Source: an uncultured bacterium (GTDB lineage: Bacteria; Chloroflexota; UBA5177; JANWHV01). From it: a DNA stretch of 64,000 bases. Every line of letters starts with the position of its first letter. Position 1 is the stretch's first letter. The stretch is taken from contig CAWHAE010000010.1 in the NCBI GenBank assembly GCA_963827235.1, forward strand, positions 736,001 through 800,000, written 5' to 3'. The translations under genes and the position numbers were made by a program. Shown here piece by piece: positions 28,965 through 39,900 of the stretch. Under the pieces are notes generated by a model, which saw nothing but the letters and a program-made list of their open reading frames with translations, was not told where the DNA came from and did no database searches.

Positions 28965-30773
28965 TCAGGAGCTTCCCGGCAGTAGCTTGACCAACGTGTC
29001 GACCACTGGGCGCAGCCAGTTGCTGGGCGCGGCAAACGACGTGCCGTCTGCTTGCACGTCGACCATAATGCCCATCAGCGATCCGTCCGTTGCCACCAGT
29101 GGATCGCCGGGCCGAATGCCCGGCGGATTCTTGACAGTCTCCAGCCAGAAGGAGCCGAGGCTGTCGTGACGGTCGTCGCCTACCGCACGAAGGGTCAGCG
29201 AACTGATCGCGCTATTCAAGCCGCCCGTTGGGCTGTGATACAGGGCAAACACGCTCGGCTGCTGCACGAGGCGGTAGGAGTTGCCCCAGTGCGCCGAGCG
29301 GAAGCCGCCCACACGGATCGAGAGCAAAGCAACCATGCCCGTGGTGTGTGCGCCGCCCGACACGGCCACTGCATCGGGCACGTAGCGAGCAGACGCCGAT
29401 CCCGCTGTTACCGAGATCGCGGTGCGCGAGGCGTGCCTCAACATGGCGCCCGCGGTGAGCACGACGACGCGGTCGGCGTTAGAGGTCAAGACGAATCCGT
29501 CCTCCTTGCGCAGGGTGCCATGCTCGTCGACGCTCACCACGACAAGGCTTCCGGCCAGGTCGCCGAACGAGTTGGCCAGTGTGATAGAGGCGTTGGCCAG
29601 ATTGTACGGTACGTTGAGCTGGCCAAAAGCATTGTTCCCCCAGCACAGCACCGTGCCGTCGGAGTGGATACCGCAACTGAAGTCGTCCCCCACGCTCAGC
29701 TGCGTGAAGGTCCCGGCCGGGACCTTCGTCTCGCCGTGGCCGTCGTATCCCCAGCATACTGCCGTGCGGTCGGCTCTCAGTGCACAGCCATGCGATCGCC
29801 CCACGCTGATTTGCGTGAACGTGCCGCTCGGGGGTGAGCCGATTATGCCTTCTTGCGCCGAGCCCCAGCAACTCACCGTACCGTCCGTACGGAGACCGCA
29901 AAAGTATGACGTGCCGCCGCTCAGGGCGGTGAACGTTCCGCTGGACGAGGTGGTTGGGATGGGCGAGGCGGCGGGAGCGGTCGGTGAGGCCGAAGCGTTG
30001 GACGGGGCAGCCGAGCCGGTGGGCGACGCCGCAGCGTTGGACGGGGCAGCCGAGCCGGTGGGCGACGCCGCCGGCGTGGCGGGAGAGGCCGCCGCTGCCG
30101 TGGGTGTCGTCGTGGCGTCCGTGCTCGCCGCGGAGCCGTCGTCAGGCGAAAACGGCTGGCAGGAGATGATCTGCGAGCTTTGCAGGCCACACCAGTCGTC
30201 CACGCCGACGCTGGCGGAAACGAAATGTCCATCTACCGCCGCAGTGCCGCCGTGTCGCAGGTTCCAGCACAGCATGCTCGAGGAATCTGTCTCGATGCCG
30301 CAATCAGTCTCGTAGCCGGCGCTCGCCGAGCTGAACCCCTGGCCCGGAGCGGCGATAGTCTGTGTGCCATAGAATCCCCAGCAGACGACGCCGTGACTGT
30401 CGAGCACGCCGCAGGCATGAAATGCCCCAGCGCTGATCTGCGAGTACTGCCCGGCCGGCGGCTTAGCCTGTGCGTAGAGATCGTTTCCCCAACACGCCAC
30501 CGTGTAGTCCGCGCGTATGCCGCAGGCAAACTGACCGCCCGCCGAGATCGCAAGGTAACCGGATGCGTCAGCGGGCGCGGACCTGGCGGCACAAGCGTTG
30601 GGAACGAGCGCCACGCCGAGAATCGCGCACGCGGAGGCGAGCAGGCATGTTGAGGTGGAGACCACCCCCGCAGGACCGGAGAGGCGACGCGCTAGGCCGT
30701 GCCACATAAGGCCAACGTCCCGTCGCGGCTCGGGTTCGGGCAGCCGGTGGGTTCGATAGAGGTTGACGGACAC
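28965..30773 (-). CDS. Secreted RCC1/BLIP-II-repeat protein with C-terminal degenerate trypsin-like domain
   Basis: Repeats of ISAG..HACG....V.CWG; Ala/Pro/Ser linker; GFVL..VLTAG..PGDPLV..GSLMGI; start uncertain. Confidence 0.75.
   Translation of the reverse strand: MSVNLYRTHRLPEPEPRRDVGLMWHGLARRLSGPAGVVSTSTCLLASACAILGVALVPNACAARSAPADASGYLAISAGGQFACGIRADYTVACWGNDLYAQAKPPAGQYSQISAGAFHACGVLDSHGVVCWGFYGTQTIAAPGQGFSSASAGYETDCGIETDSSSMLCWNLRHGGTAAVDGHFVSASVGVDDWCGLQSSQIISCQPFSPDDGSAASTDATTTPTAAAASPATPAASPTGSAAPSNAAASPTGSAAPSNASASPTAPAASPIPTTSSSGTFTALSGGTSYFCGLRTDGTVSCWGSAQEGIIGSPPSGTFTQISVGRSHGCALRADRTAVCWGYDGHGETKVPAGTFTQLSVGDDFSCGIHSDGTVLCWGNNAFGQLNVPYNLANASITLANSFGDLAGSLVVVSVDEHGTLRKEDGFVLTSNADRVVVLTAGAMLRHASRTAISVTAGSASARYVPDAVAVSGGAHTTGMVALLSIRVGGFRSAHWGNSYRLVQQPSVFALYHSPTGGLNSAISSLTLRAVGDDRHDSLGSFWLETVKNPPGIRPGDPLVATDGSLMGIMVDVQADGTSFAAPSNWLRPVVDTLVKLLPGSS
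29994..30071. repeat. Perfect 39-bp tandem duplication (13-aa linker unit AASPTGSAAPSNA x2)
   Basis: agcgttggacggggcagccgagccggtgggcgacgccgc at 29994-30032 and 30033-30071. Confidence 0.9.
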
Positions 30774-31063
30774 CGCGTGCAGGGTCGAGGCACCGCGCGG
30801 ATGTTACAGTGTGGAGTAGGCTGCGCAAGCACGTTATGCACCGGCATGATATCTGATCCTTAGGACAGAGTCGCCGCCTCAGCGTGAGCCGGCATGGACA
30901 TTGTATGGTGCCCAGGGCGCCAAAGCGAGGTGTGTTTGGAAGGAGCGACAAGATAAACGGGCCATACGATGTGGCTAGAAGAACGGGCTGGCACGTCCAC
31001 GCTATTGACTGGAAGCATGCCGGTGTCAGATATTCTAGCTAGAAACGACGGTCCTGCTCGCTC

Positions 31064-32476
31064 ATGAGGGAAAAAGACATGTCGGGAAAGCACCGAAGGT
31101 TGCCGCCCAAACGTTGGGTTTCTGCGACCCTTCTCGCGCTCATCGCCGTCGTCGTCTCAAGTGCCCTGCAACTCCGGCCCGTGAGCGCGGGCCAGCCTCA
31201 AGTATCGTACGACCTCGACCATCGCTTCGGCGTGGTCGAAGCGTGGCGAGAGCCCTCGGATGCCGCGGACCTGTCCGTGGGCTGGGAGCGACTGACCATG
31301 TGGTGGAAGTCGTTCCAGCCGAGCGGCCCTTCCGAGTGGAACAGCTTCGCGACCGACAAAGACGCGCACATCGACGCCGAAGTCGCCGACGGTCGCCAGC
31401 TAGTCGGCGAGCTGATCAATACCCCCGACTGGGCGGCTGCCAATCCGAGCGACCACGGTAACTCGGTGCCGAAGGGGCTGTACCTGCCCTACAACGACCC
31501 GAATAACTATTGGGGTCACTTTGTCGGCATGATCGCCAAGCACTACGCAGGTCGTATCGACCAGTGGATCATCTGGAACGAGGTCAACATCCCTTCAGGC
31601 AAGTTCGCCACGTGGGATGGATCGGTGCGAGACTACGCGCAGCTGGTCAAGGTGGCGTATCTCGCCGCGCATGCGGTCAACCCCAACGCTCGCATCATCC
31701 TCTACGGCGACCCTTACTGGTACGACCATGGAGCGTTCTTCAGACAATTGCTGAGCATTCTGACGTCGGACGCGGCCGCAGCCGCCAACCAGGACTACTT
31801 CGACGCGATCAATCTCCACCTGTACAATCGGCCCAGCGACTACGTCATGGTGGTCGACCTGTATCGCCAATGGCTGGCAGATCGCGGTCTCGACAAGCCC
31901 GTGTGGATTGGCGAGACGAACGCCGTGCCCTACGACGACCCGTTGCGCTTATATCCCAAGAGCGGCTTCTTCTGCACGTTGAATGACCAAGCGTCGTACA
32001 TCGTCGATGTTTTCGCGCTTGGGCTGGCCCTGAACGTGCAGCGCATGGAAGTCAATCGCATGATCGACGGCAGCGATTTCAAGCAGGGGGGCGAGCCGTT
32101 CGGCCTAGTGCGGAACGACATGTCGAAACGTCCGGAGTACCTTGCCTATAAGCTCGTCGCCTCGCTCTTCAAAGGAGTGACGGGCGGCGTCATACGCAGT
32201 AGCCAGCAGTCCGGCGTCTATGAAGTCGATCTGCAGAAGCCGGGCGCCACGATTGTGGTGGCGTGGAACCAGAAGCCCGACGCAATTTCGCTCGCCATAC
32301 CTGCTCTTTCGGCGCAGGCCATGCTCTACGACAAGTTTGGAGCGTCGCAGCAGGTAGTGGCCCAGTCCGGACAATACCAGATCACGCTCCAACCGGCGAC
32401 GGACAACTCGGATCCCGCCAATCCCGACGACTACGTCGTGGGCGGCAGTCCTGTCATCCTCGTCGAGTCGGACTGA
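31064..32476 (+). CDS. Secreted clan GH-A glycoside hydrolase (GH39/GH5-like)
   Basis: WIIWNEVN acid/base, FDAINLHLY, PVWIGETN nucleophile; signal peptide. Confidence 0.75.
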   Translation: MREKDMSGKHRRLPPKRWVSATLLALIAVVVSSALQLRPVSAGQPQVSYDLDHRFGVVEAWREPSDAADLSVGWERLTMWWKSFQPSGPSEWNSFATDKDAHIDAEVADGRQLVGELINTPDWAAANPSDHGNSVPKGLYLPYNDPNNYWGHFVGMIAKHYAGRIDQWIIWNEVNIPSGKFATWDGSVRDYAQLVKVAYLAAHAVNPNARIILYGDPYWYDHGAFFRQLLSILTSDAAAAANQDYFDAINLHLYNRPSDYVMVVDLYRQWLADRGLDKPVWIGETNAVPYDDPLRLYPKSGFFCTLNDQASYIVDVFALGLALNVQRMEVNRMIDGSDFKQGGEPFGLVRNDMSKRPEYLAYKLVASLFKGVTGGVIRSSQQSGVYEVDLQKPGATIVVAWNQKPDAISLAIPALSAQAMLYDKFGASQQVVAQSGQYQITLQPATDNSDPANPDDYVVGGSPVILVESD

Positions 32477-32705
32477 CCAGTTGCCGGACGGCCGCGAGCC
32501 GGTCACGAGGCCCGGTCGTGCTGCTGTCACGGCAGCCAGCAGGCACTTCTTCCAGCCAGTCCTCACACTTCATGGGCTGCACCGCGGGCAGCGCCGCGCG
32601 GCAACGGCGACCGGCCGTTCGTCGACACGGGTCGGCACTGCCGCGGCGGAACAGCTTGGCGGCGTCGCGGCAGATCTGTCGTGAGCATTCCTGCTTGGCA
32701 GGCCG

Positions 32706-33284
32706 TTATCGGGCTGAAGCGCGTGCCTGCCGAAGAATCTCGCGGAGCTGCGCGAGGTGGGAATCGTCGTGACTCAGGCCACCGAGAACGCGGGCAAGCG
32801 CGTTGATTGCGCCCTGTCGCTCGTACGGAACGTAGGCATTGCCCAGATCGGGAGCGTCCGGCCACGCAGCCAGCATGGCCAGGCGCATGCGCAGACTTTC
32901 CGCCAGGCGCGCGCGAACCTGCGCCGCAGTGGTCACGCTTTGCCACGGCACCTCATAGCGCGACCTGCCCTCAACCTTGACGCCTCGAGCCAGGTTCATG
33001 CCGATGGCACAGCTCTCCTCGGAGCTTGCCGTGACGTGTACAACGACGTGAGCCAGCGTCCATGCCAGATTGACGTCGGTGTTGCTCGCGGCGAAAGTAT
33101 CGTTCGCCTCCGGGTCTTCGGGCACGAACACCACGTCCGCGTCCGCAGCATCCGCTACGATGGACTGCTGCAGCTCCACCATCGCCTTGGTCGCCGCCAC
33201 CAGGTCTTCACGGGTCAGAGTACCAGCCAGATCCTGCATGCTCAGCTCGTGCCGCCGAACAGGGCCAAAGTCAATCACTGCCAT
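32706..33284 (-). CDS. DinB-family protein
   Basis: WTLAHVVVH and C-terminal HDDSHLAQ His motifs. Confidence 0.75.
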   Translation of the reverse strand: MAVIDFGPVRRHELSMQDLAGTLTREDLVAATKAMVELQQSIVADAADADVVFVPEDPEANDTFAASNTDVNLAWTLAHVVVHVTASSEESCAIGMNLARGVKVEGRSRYEVPWQSVTTAAQVRARLAESLRMRLAMLAAWPDAPDLGNAYVPYERQGAINALARVLGGLSHDDSHLAQLREILRQARASAR

Positions 33285-33791
33285 TCCCTATCGCGTGACA
33301 TCACCAGGCCGGAGACTGCGTCGCCGGGGAGCCGGCTCGCCAAGAATCCCGCCATCTTCTCTCATTATCTGCCTTTCCGCCCCTCGGATGCCACCAAACC
33401 CGTCAATACGGCCTCGAGACCGCGCCGGATGCGTCGAGCTCGACCGGTAGGGCGGCCAGCCGGACAGCACCCCGGCGCTGCGGTCTCGAAGCACCGCGCA
33501 GCGAGTAGGCGATGTGCGCGATCACACGGAGCCCTGCGACCGGGCGGTGTCGGCGGCCACGACCACGAACCCGCCGTCTCAGGCCGCTTCCCCGGCCACC
33601 GGCGTACGCGCAGACGACCGCCGCGAGGCGATTATCTCACCACCCGGATCGAGTATGAGGCCATGCCCGAGGCCCGGCCTCAGCGCGGGCTATGCGTACA
33701 GCGGCCGGAACGGGTCGCGCGCGGAGCGCACGCCACGCCGGCTGCGGTGCCTCGGCGACCGCTAGATACGGTTCTTGGCCGCGTCGATCCG

Positions 33792-34979
33792 CTACGTGGC
33801 CACTCTGCCGGCTACGTGGCGCTGTCGTTGCAACACTTCCGCCTCGCGGGCCTGTGCCTTCGCGTCGGCCAGTCTCCCCGCCTGCAGATAGAGGATGCTC
33901 AGGTCGCGGCGCAGCTTGGAGTTCTGCGGATCGCTAGCCACCTCGATCTCAAGCTGGGCAATGCCGAGCCTCCGGCGCCCATCGGGCTCGTTCGGGGCAC
34001 GAATGACAGCTGGGGGCGGCTCGTCCTCCCTCGCCGCGGTCCCGATCATGGCCGGCTGCAGTGCCCCGACCGGCGCCTCGTTCTTCACGGATTCCGCGAT
34101 CTGCACTTGCTGCACGGCAGCTACCGCGGGCTGCGCGAGCGCTGCCGGCGAAAGGATAGCCGTCGCTGCCGACGACTCAGTCTTCAGGGTCAATAGCCAC
34201 GGGTACATCACGTCGAGCCACTGTTCGCTGCCGGGTTGGCTCGAGACGTCGGTCGCAGCCGATTTCAAACGGCGCAATTCGTACTCCCGGTAATACGTCT
34301 GTTCGGCAGGCGTGAGTCGGGCAAGGCGCCTGTAGATCTCGATGCCTTGAGATACCTTGTTCCGACGGAGCATTTTCCTGTCGAGCGCGGTCCGGAGACT
34401 GCCATCCTTCGGCGACCCTGCATAGGCGTCGGTCAGCAACTGCACGCCGCGGTCGAGATCACCCTGCTCTTCCAGCAATCGACTCAGGTGTATCTCGGCC
34501 AGGCTTGCCCAGGCATGAGAATCGCTGTCGTTGCGCTCGAGCGCGGCAAGCACGTAGCTCTCGGCTGTTTCCAGCTCATCGCGTTTCGCCGCGAGCACGG
34601 CCAGCGAGGCGAGGCTCCGCGTGCTGGCCGGGTCGAGCCGCGACGCCACGCGATACTCAGCCGCAGCTTCTTCGGGACGAAGCATGCTTTCGAGCAACTG
34701 CCCGTGAGCGTAGCGCAGCCACTCATCGACCGCGTTCAGCTTGATTGCCGTCTGGAATTCCTTGTCCGCCTCGGTAAGCAGATCGAGACCGGCCAACACC
34801 GTGCCCAGGTAGCCGCGCAATTCCGGGTTCTTGGGTTCCAGGCCCACAGCCTTCTGAAAGTCCGTCCGTGCCTGCTGCAGGTTACCCTCGCGAAGGCTGT
34901 CGAGGCCGGTCCGCGAGAGATCCCGAGCCCTCTGCTGCCGATCCGCATTGTCTGATGCGCCAAGGAAACGGCCGAACAT
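33792..34979 (-). CDS. Tetratricopeptide-repeat protein
   Basis: Multiple TPRs (FQKAVGLEPKN, YRVASRLDP, DPQNSKLRRDLSILYLQAG). Confidence 0.8.
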   Translation of the reverse strand: MFGRFLGASDNADRQQRARDLSRTGLDSLREGNLQQARTDFQKAVGLEPKNPELRGYLGTVLAGLDLLTEADKEFQTAIKLNAVDEWLRYAHGQLLESMLRPEEAAAEYRVASRLDPASTRSLASLAVLAAKRDELETAESYVLAALERNDSDSHAWASLAEIHLSRLLEEQGDLDRGVQLLTDAYAGSPKDGSLRTALDRKMLRRNKVSQGIEIYRRLARLTPAEQTYYREYELRRLKSAATDVSSQPGSEQWLDVMYPWLLTLKTESSAATAILSPAALAQPAVAAVQQVQIAESVKNEAPVGALQPAMIGTAAREDEPPPAVIRAPNEPDGRRRLGIAQLEIEVASDPQNSKLRRDLSILYLQAGRLADAKAQAREAEVLQRQRHVAGRVAT

Positions 34980-35309
34980 GGTGATCTCCGCCTTCCTCAA
35001 CCCGCGGAACTGGGTTCAGACGCCCGTGTTGGCCGCAGAGCCAATCGGGTGACCGCCAGACCGGCGCGGCTGTCCGCAATAGGTAGTACGCAACGCAAGC
35101 GCTTCCACTGGAATGCAAAGCATGCCGTAGCTGAGTGAAACACGTTCGCCATGCAACCACACTCGCATTAACGGGCGAGTTGGGCAATAGCCCGCCATGG
35201 CTAGTCCGAGGCCACCTGGGCACGTCGTGCTTTCAGGAACGATGTATCATGGCAAGAAATGCTTGCGGGCCACCGATGTCGTGACTGCACGGACGGGAGG
35301 GGTCGAGCG

Positions 35310-36149
35310 ATGCCATTCATGGACGAGGTGAAGAAACGCGCAGGCCGGGCGCGCTTCGAAGCGGATCGCGCGATGCGAGCAAACCGCGCGAAGTCGCGCC
35401 TAACGGGGCTGCAAAGCCAATTGGATGGCTCCGCTACGAAGCTCGGCCACCAGGTGTATGAGCTTCACACGCGCGGCGAGATCGAGCTACCTGCGCTTGC
35501 CGAACTCTTGGGCCAGATGACGGAGATGTCGTCGCACATTGCCACGGCCGTAGATGAGCTCCACGCGATACAGGCGGAGACATTCACGGTGGAGTCGCCG
35601 GGACCGCTGTGCGGCGCTTGCGGATCGACCAATGACGTCGACGCCCGCTTCTGCCACAACTGCGGCGCCCCGATCCCCGTCGATCAGGGATCGCACGCCG
35701 GTCAGGCCGCCGCCGGGGCGACGATCGCGTGCTCGGCCTGTGGCGCGGCGAACCCGACCTCGATGCGCTTTTGCCAGACGTGCGGATCGGCGCTTCCGCC
35801 GGCGTCCGCTCAGCCCATCCAGCCGGTCCAGCATGCCTCCGAACCGCCGGTCGCAGCACCCGCAAGCCAGCAGGACGGTCAGCGGCAGGAGCCAGTGCTC
35901 GAGACCGAGCCGGACACCGCAAGTGAGTCGCACACCGGCGTGCCTGTCGCCGAATCCGCGAGTCCAGCTGCGCCGGAACCTGTCGGGGCCGGGCCAATCG
36001 CGTACGACGGATCGCCGGAGGCGCACGGCGGCGAACCGCAGCCGGCGGTCGCTGCCTCCCCGCGTCGATGCGCTGCTTGCGGCGAGAACCTGCCGGAGCA
36101 CGCGGCGTTCTGTGCCTTCTGCGGGCATCCTGCCGCACCGGAAGCTTGA
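35310..36149 (+). CDS. Zinc-ribbon (DZR) protein with N-terminal coiled coil
   Basis: Three CxxCG..FCxxCG units. Confidence 0.8.
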   Translation: MPFMDEVKKRAGRARFEADRAMRANRAKSRLTGLQSQLDGSATKLGHQVYELHTRGEIELPALAELLGQMTEMSSHIATAVDELHAIQAETFTVESPGPLCGACGSTNDVDARFCHNCGAPIPVDQGSHAGQAAAGATIACSACGAANPTSMRFCQTCGSALPPASAQPIQPVQHASEPPVAAPASQQDGQRQEPVLETEPDTASESHTGVPVAESASPAAPEPVGAGPIAYDGSPEAHGGEPQPAVAASPRRCAACGENLPEHAAFCAFCGHPAAPEA

Positions 36150-36223
36150 GGCAATAGTCACATTCGGCCGCGGGCGGTCCGTACCTACACATCTCGCCGC
36201 AGCCGGAGGTCCCGGCTGGTAGC

Positions 36224-37270
36224 CTATTCCTTGACCGGCAGCACTACCGCCCGGATCACGCCTTCTCGATACGTGGCCGCGGTCTCAAGAGCTTCAGTCG
36301 TCTGATCGAGGCTGAAGCGGTGCGTTGCCAGGCAGGACACGTCCACGGCGCCCCTGGACACCAGGTCGATGGTGGGAGGGTAGCTATGCTTCATGCGCCG
36401 GGACATTCTGATCGTCAGGCCCTTGCGACGCGCCGAGGAGGCATGGATGGTGATCATGTCTTCCGCCGGGATACCGACGATCACGACTCGACCGCCGTTT
36501 CTCACCGCTTCAACGCACTGATCGGCGGTGCCCTTGACCCAGGCAGACTCGATCGCCACGTCCACGCCGCGCCCGCCGGTTCGCTCGTGTACCACGCTCA
36601 CGACGTCGCTCTGAGCGGCATTCACCGTGACGTGAGCGCCGGATGACCGCGCCATGGCGAGACGCCACTCATGCTCGTCCGACACGAAGATCCGCTTCGC
36701 GCCGGCCAGCCTGACGAGCTGCACGATCAGCAGGCCGATACCGCCGCAGCCGGTCACCAGGACGTCATCGTTGACCCGTATCTTGGCCAGGTTCACCGCG
36801 TGGAGTGCCACACCCAGGGGCTCGAGCAGGGCTCCGGCAACGCCGTCGATGCCGTCGGGAAGCGGTACGCACGCGAAGGCAGGATGCACCATTCGCTCGC
36901 GAAGCGCGCCGTGCCGGGGGAACAGACCGAGGAACTGCAAGTAGAGGCACAGATTCGGATCGCCGCCGACGCAGCGCTCGCACTTGCCGCACGGCAGCCC
37001 TGGGTCGATAGCCACCGATTGGCCGATATGCCAATTCCCTTCAGTACCCGGTCCGACATCCACCACCCTGCCTGCCGCCTCGTGGCCGAGCACCAGAGGC
37101 TGCTCGGCCACCACGCCGCCTATTTCTCCGTTGAGATATGTATGCAGGTCGCTGCCGCATATGCCCACGGCGGTGACCTCCACCAGGAGCTCCCCAGGAC
37201 CGGGAACCCCGTCGGGCATCTCCTCGATACGTATGTCCTTGGGGCCATGCAGCATCGCCGCTCTTGCCAT
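36224..37270 (-). CDS. Zn-dependent polyol dehydrogenase (sorbitol/L-arabitol DH family)
   Basis: GICGSDLH, LGHEAAG, CGKCERC..C, GCGGIG; co-oriented after araB-araD. Confidence 0.88.
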   Translation of the reverse strand: MARAAMLHGPKDIRIEEMPDGVPGPGELLVEVTAVGICGSDLHTYLNGEIGGVVAEQPLVLGHEAAGRVVDVGPGTEGNWHIGQSVAIDPGLPCGKCERCVGGDPNLCLYLQFLGLFPRHGALRERMVHPAFACVPLPDGIDGVAGALLEPLGVALHAVNLAKIRVNDDVLVTGCGGIGLLIVQLVRLAGAKRIFVSDEHEWRLAMARSSGAHVTVNAAQSDVVSVVHERTGGRGVDVAIESAWVKGTADQCVEAVRNGGRVVIVGIPAEDMITIHASSARRKGLTIRMSRRMKHSYPPTIDLVSRGAVDVSCLATHRFSLDQTTEALETAATYREGVIRAVVLPVKE

Positions 37271-37332
37271 GCCTACCTTCCGTTCGTCTTCACTTGTGGC
37301 GACCACGCAGCGCGCAGGTCGCCGGCCCAGTT

Positions 37333-37992
37333 TTACTGCCCGTACACGTGCGTGTACCGGTAGTGCAGCCGATCCAAATCTTCCTGGGCAATTGGGATCG
37401 GTTTGCCCAGGCGGTCGAGCTGCAAGGCCAGCCACGAGGTTGCCGCGGATTCCTCAGCCATGACGGCAGCCTTCACGGCTGCCTCGGCGTTCTTGCCCAC
37501 GGTGAACACGCCGTGGTTCTGCAGAATGGCCGCCCGGCTGTGCGAGCCTGCCAGGCATCTGACCACTTCCTGGCCGATCTCTTCGCCGCCAATCAACTGG
37601 AAGCCTCCGCACGGTATGTCGCCGCCGAACTCGTCGGCCATGCCGGTCAAGAAACAGGGGATCGGCACGCCGAGCGCGGCGAACGCGGTAGCGTAACGCG
37701 AATGCGTGTGCACGACGCCATTGACGTCGGGCCGATGGCGATAGATATAGCAGTGGGAGGCAGTATCGGACGACGGCTTGAGCGATCCCTCGACATGGTT
37801 ACCCATCAAGTCGACGACGACCATGTTGTCCGGCGTGAGCTGCTCGTAGCGTACACCACTCGGCTTGATCACCACGAGCCCGCTGTCCGGATCACGCGCG
37901 CTGATGTTTCCCATGGTCCAGACAACAAGGTTATGACGTGGAAGCTCGGCGTGCAGACTGCACACCTCCTCCCGAAGGCTCTGCAGAGTCAT
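37333..37992 (-). CDS. araD: L-ribulose-5-phosphate 4-epimerase
   Basis: WTMGNIS, IKPSGV, PSSDTASH, VVHTHS, LQNHG, C-terminal YGQ. Confidence 0.92.
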   Translation of the reverse strand: MTLQSLREEVCSLHAELPRHNLVVWTMGNISARDPDSGLVVIKPSGVRYEQLTPDNMVVVDLMGNHVEGSLKPSSDTASHCYIYRHRPDVNGVVHTHSRYATAFAALGVPIPCFLTGMADEFGGDIPCGGFQLIGGEEIGQEVVRCLAGSHSRAAILQNHGVFTVGKNAEAAVKAAVMAEESAATSWLALQLDRLGKPIPIAQEDLDRLHYRYTHVYGQ

Positions 37993-37996
37993 GGGC

Positions 37997-39649
37997 TTAT
38001 ACTCCTCGTTGCTCCAGCTTGATGCGCTTGAGCCGCTTCATGACGTCGTTCTCGCCCCGGCCAAAGTAATCGTGCAAGAGCCTGTACTCGGCGTAGAGTT
38101 GCTCGTACACAGCCTGGTTTGCCGGGATAGGCCTGGTTACCTCGTCCAGCAGCTTGCCCATCGAGGCAGCGGCCGCTTGAATGGAAGGGTACACACCGGC
38201 CGCGACCGCGGCATGCATGGCCGATCCAAGCGCCGCTGCCTGTGACGAGCCCGCCTGGAAGATGGGCTTGCCGGTCACGTCGGCGTAGATCTGCACCAGG
38301 AGCCGGTTCTTCGTCGGCAGGCCGCCGGCCGCCACCAGATCGCGGACCGCCACGCCGCGTCCTTCGAATGCCTCGATGATCATGCGGGTACCGAACGCGG
38401 TAGCCTCGATCAAGGCTCGATAAATCTCGGGGGCCGTGGTAGCCAACGTGGCGCCGACGAGCAGACCCGTCAGGTCGACGTCGACGAGCACCGAGCGGTT
38501 CCCGTTCCACCAATCCAGAGCGAGCAGACCCGACTCGCCGGGCTTTTGCTTTGCCGCCTCGAGCTCCAGGTGCTTGTGGATGTCGATCCCTTGCGCGGCC
38601 GCAGCGTCGAAGTACTCGCGCGGCACCGCGTTGTCGACGAACCAGGCGAAGATGTCGCCCGCGGCGCTCTGACCTGCTTCATAGCCGTAGTACCCCGGGA
38701 TGACGCCGTCGCGCACCACACCGCACATGCCCTCGACGACCTGAACCTGGTCGTCGACCAGGATGTGGACGGTTGACGTGCCCATGATGATGAGCATGCG
38801 GCCGGGCTCAGTCAGCTTGACGGCCGGAGCGGTCACGTGGGCGTCGACATTTGCCACGGCGACGGCGGTGCCCGGCAGCAGGCCGGTCTGGGCCGCCATC
38901 GCGTCGGTCAGGCCGCCCGCGCGGTCGCCGAGCGTCGAGAACTCCCGGCTCAAGCGCGTATCCACCACGTCGGCAAAAGCGGGATTCAAGGCGGCAAAGA
39001 AGTCGCGGGACGGGTACGTGCCATGCTGAACGATGGCCTTGTATCCGGCCGTGCACGCGTTCCGCGTTTCCACGCCTGTCATCTGCCAGATTACCCAGTC
39101 GGCCGCCTCGACCACCCTGTCGGTGGCCGCGTAGAGGTTGGGAGCCTCTTCGAGAATCTGCAGCGACTTGCTGAACAGCCATTCGGAGGAGATCTTTCCG
39201 CCGTAGCGCTCCAGCCAGGTTTCGCCGCGCTGGCGGGCCACCGCGTTGATGCGGTCGGCCTGCGGTTGAGCGGCATGGTGCTTCCAGAGCTTGATCCAGG
39301 AATGTGGATTCTCTCGCCACTCGTCCAGGAAGCATAGCGGGGTGCCGTCGCGTTTCACGGGGAGCACGGTGCAGGCGGTGAAGTCGATGCCCACTCCGGC
39401 GATCTGGTCCGGTGCCACGCCTGACTCTTTGAGCACGGCCGGAATGGTATAGCGCAGTACCTCGAGGTAATCGTTTGGATCCTGAAGCGCATAGTCGGGC
39501 GGCAAGAGCTTACTGCTGCCGGGCAGGGAACGATCGATGACGCCATTCTTGTAGGTAAGGACCGCGGTGGCTACCTCTCGTCCGTCCCGCGTGTCTACGA
39601 GCACTGCGCGGCCGGACTCAGTACCGAAATCGATGCCTATGGTGTACAC
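37997..39649 (-). CDS. araB: L-ribulokinase
   Basis: [46 protein letters not shown]; GTG start after GAGGAGG. Confidence 0.95.
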   Translation of the reverse strand: MYTIGIDFGTESGRAVLVDTRDGREVATAVLTYKNGVIDRSLPGSSKLLPPDYALQDPNDYLEVLRYTIPAVLKESGVAPDQIAGVGIDFTACTVLPVKRDGTPLCFLDEWRENPHSWIKLWKHHAAQPQADRINAVARQRGETWLERYGGKISSEWLFSKSLQILEEAPNLYAATDRVVEAADWVIWQMTGVETRNACTAGYKAIVQHGTYPSRDFFAALNPAFADVVDTRLSREFSTLGDRAGGLTDAMAAQTGLLPGTAVAVANVDAHVTAPAVKLTEPGRMLIIMGTSTVHILVDDQVQVVEGMCGVVRDGVIPGYYGYEAGQSAAGDIFAWFVDNAVPREYFDAAAAQGIDIHKHLELEAAKQKPGESGLLALDWWNGNRSVLVDVDLTGLLVGATLATTAPEIYRALIEATAFGTRMIIEAFEGRGVAVRDLVAAGGLPTKNRLLVQIYADVTGKPIFQAGSSQAAALGSAMHAAVAAGVYPSIQAAAASMGKLLDEVTRPIPANQAVYEQLYAEYRLLHDYFGRGENDVMKRLKRIKLEQRGV

Positions 39650-39797
39650 GGTCCTCCTCGACCACCGTCTGGCAGATTCTGGCCATCCTCGCCCTGACCG
39701 CAACCACTGTCGCCGGAAGCGAGCTCAGCGAGTTCGGGGTGCCGGCGGACACAGGAAATCATCGGATCGCCAATTACTTTGGCTGCCGAACGAATTC

Positions 39798-39826
39798 ACG
39801 GTAGCAACAACGGCTACCGGTGTCAA
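39798..39826 (-). promoter_or_regulatory. araB promoter TTGACA-N17-TACCGT (extended -10)
   Basis: tgtcaa at 39821-39826; acggta at 39798-39803; CGGTAGC/GCTACCG inverted repeat at 39799-39819. Confidence 0.55.
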
Positions 39827-39900
39827 TTGTCGGGCCGCGGTGGTGGGTCCGAGGCGACTCGCAGGCCGGGCGCCCGACGGACGAGGGCGCCGGCAACCCG

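Noticed and set aside
33290-33790. 500-bp gap between the DinB and TPR genes as a hidden gene or RNA
   Set aside because: No ORF with an RBS or convincing structure found
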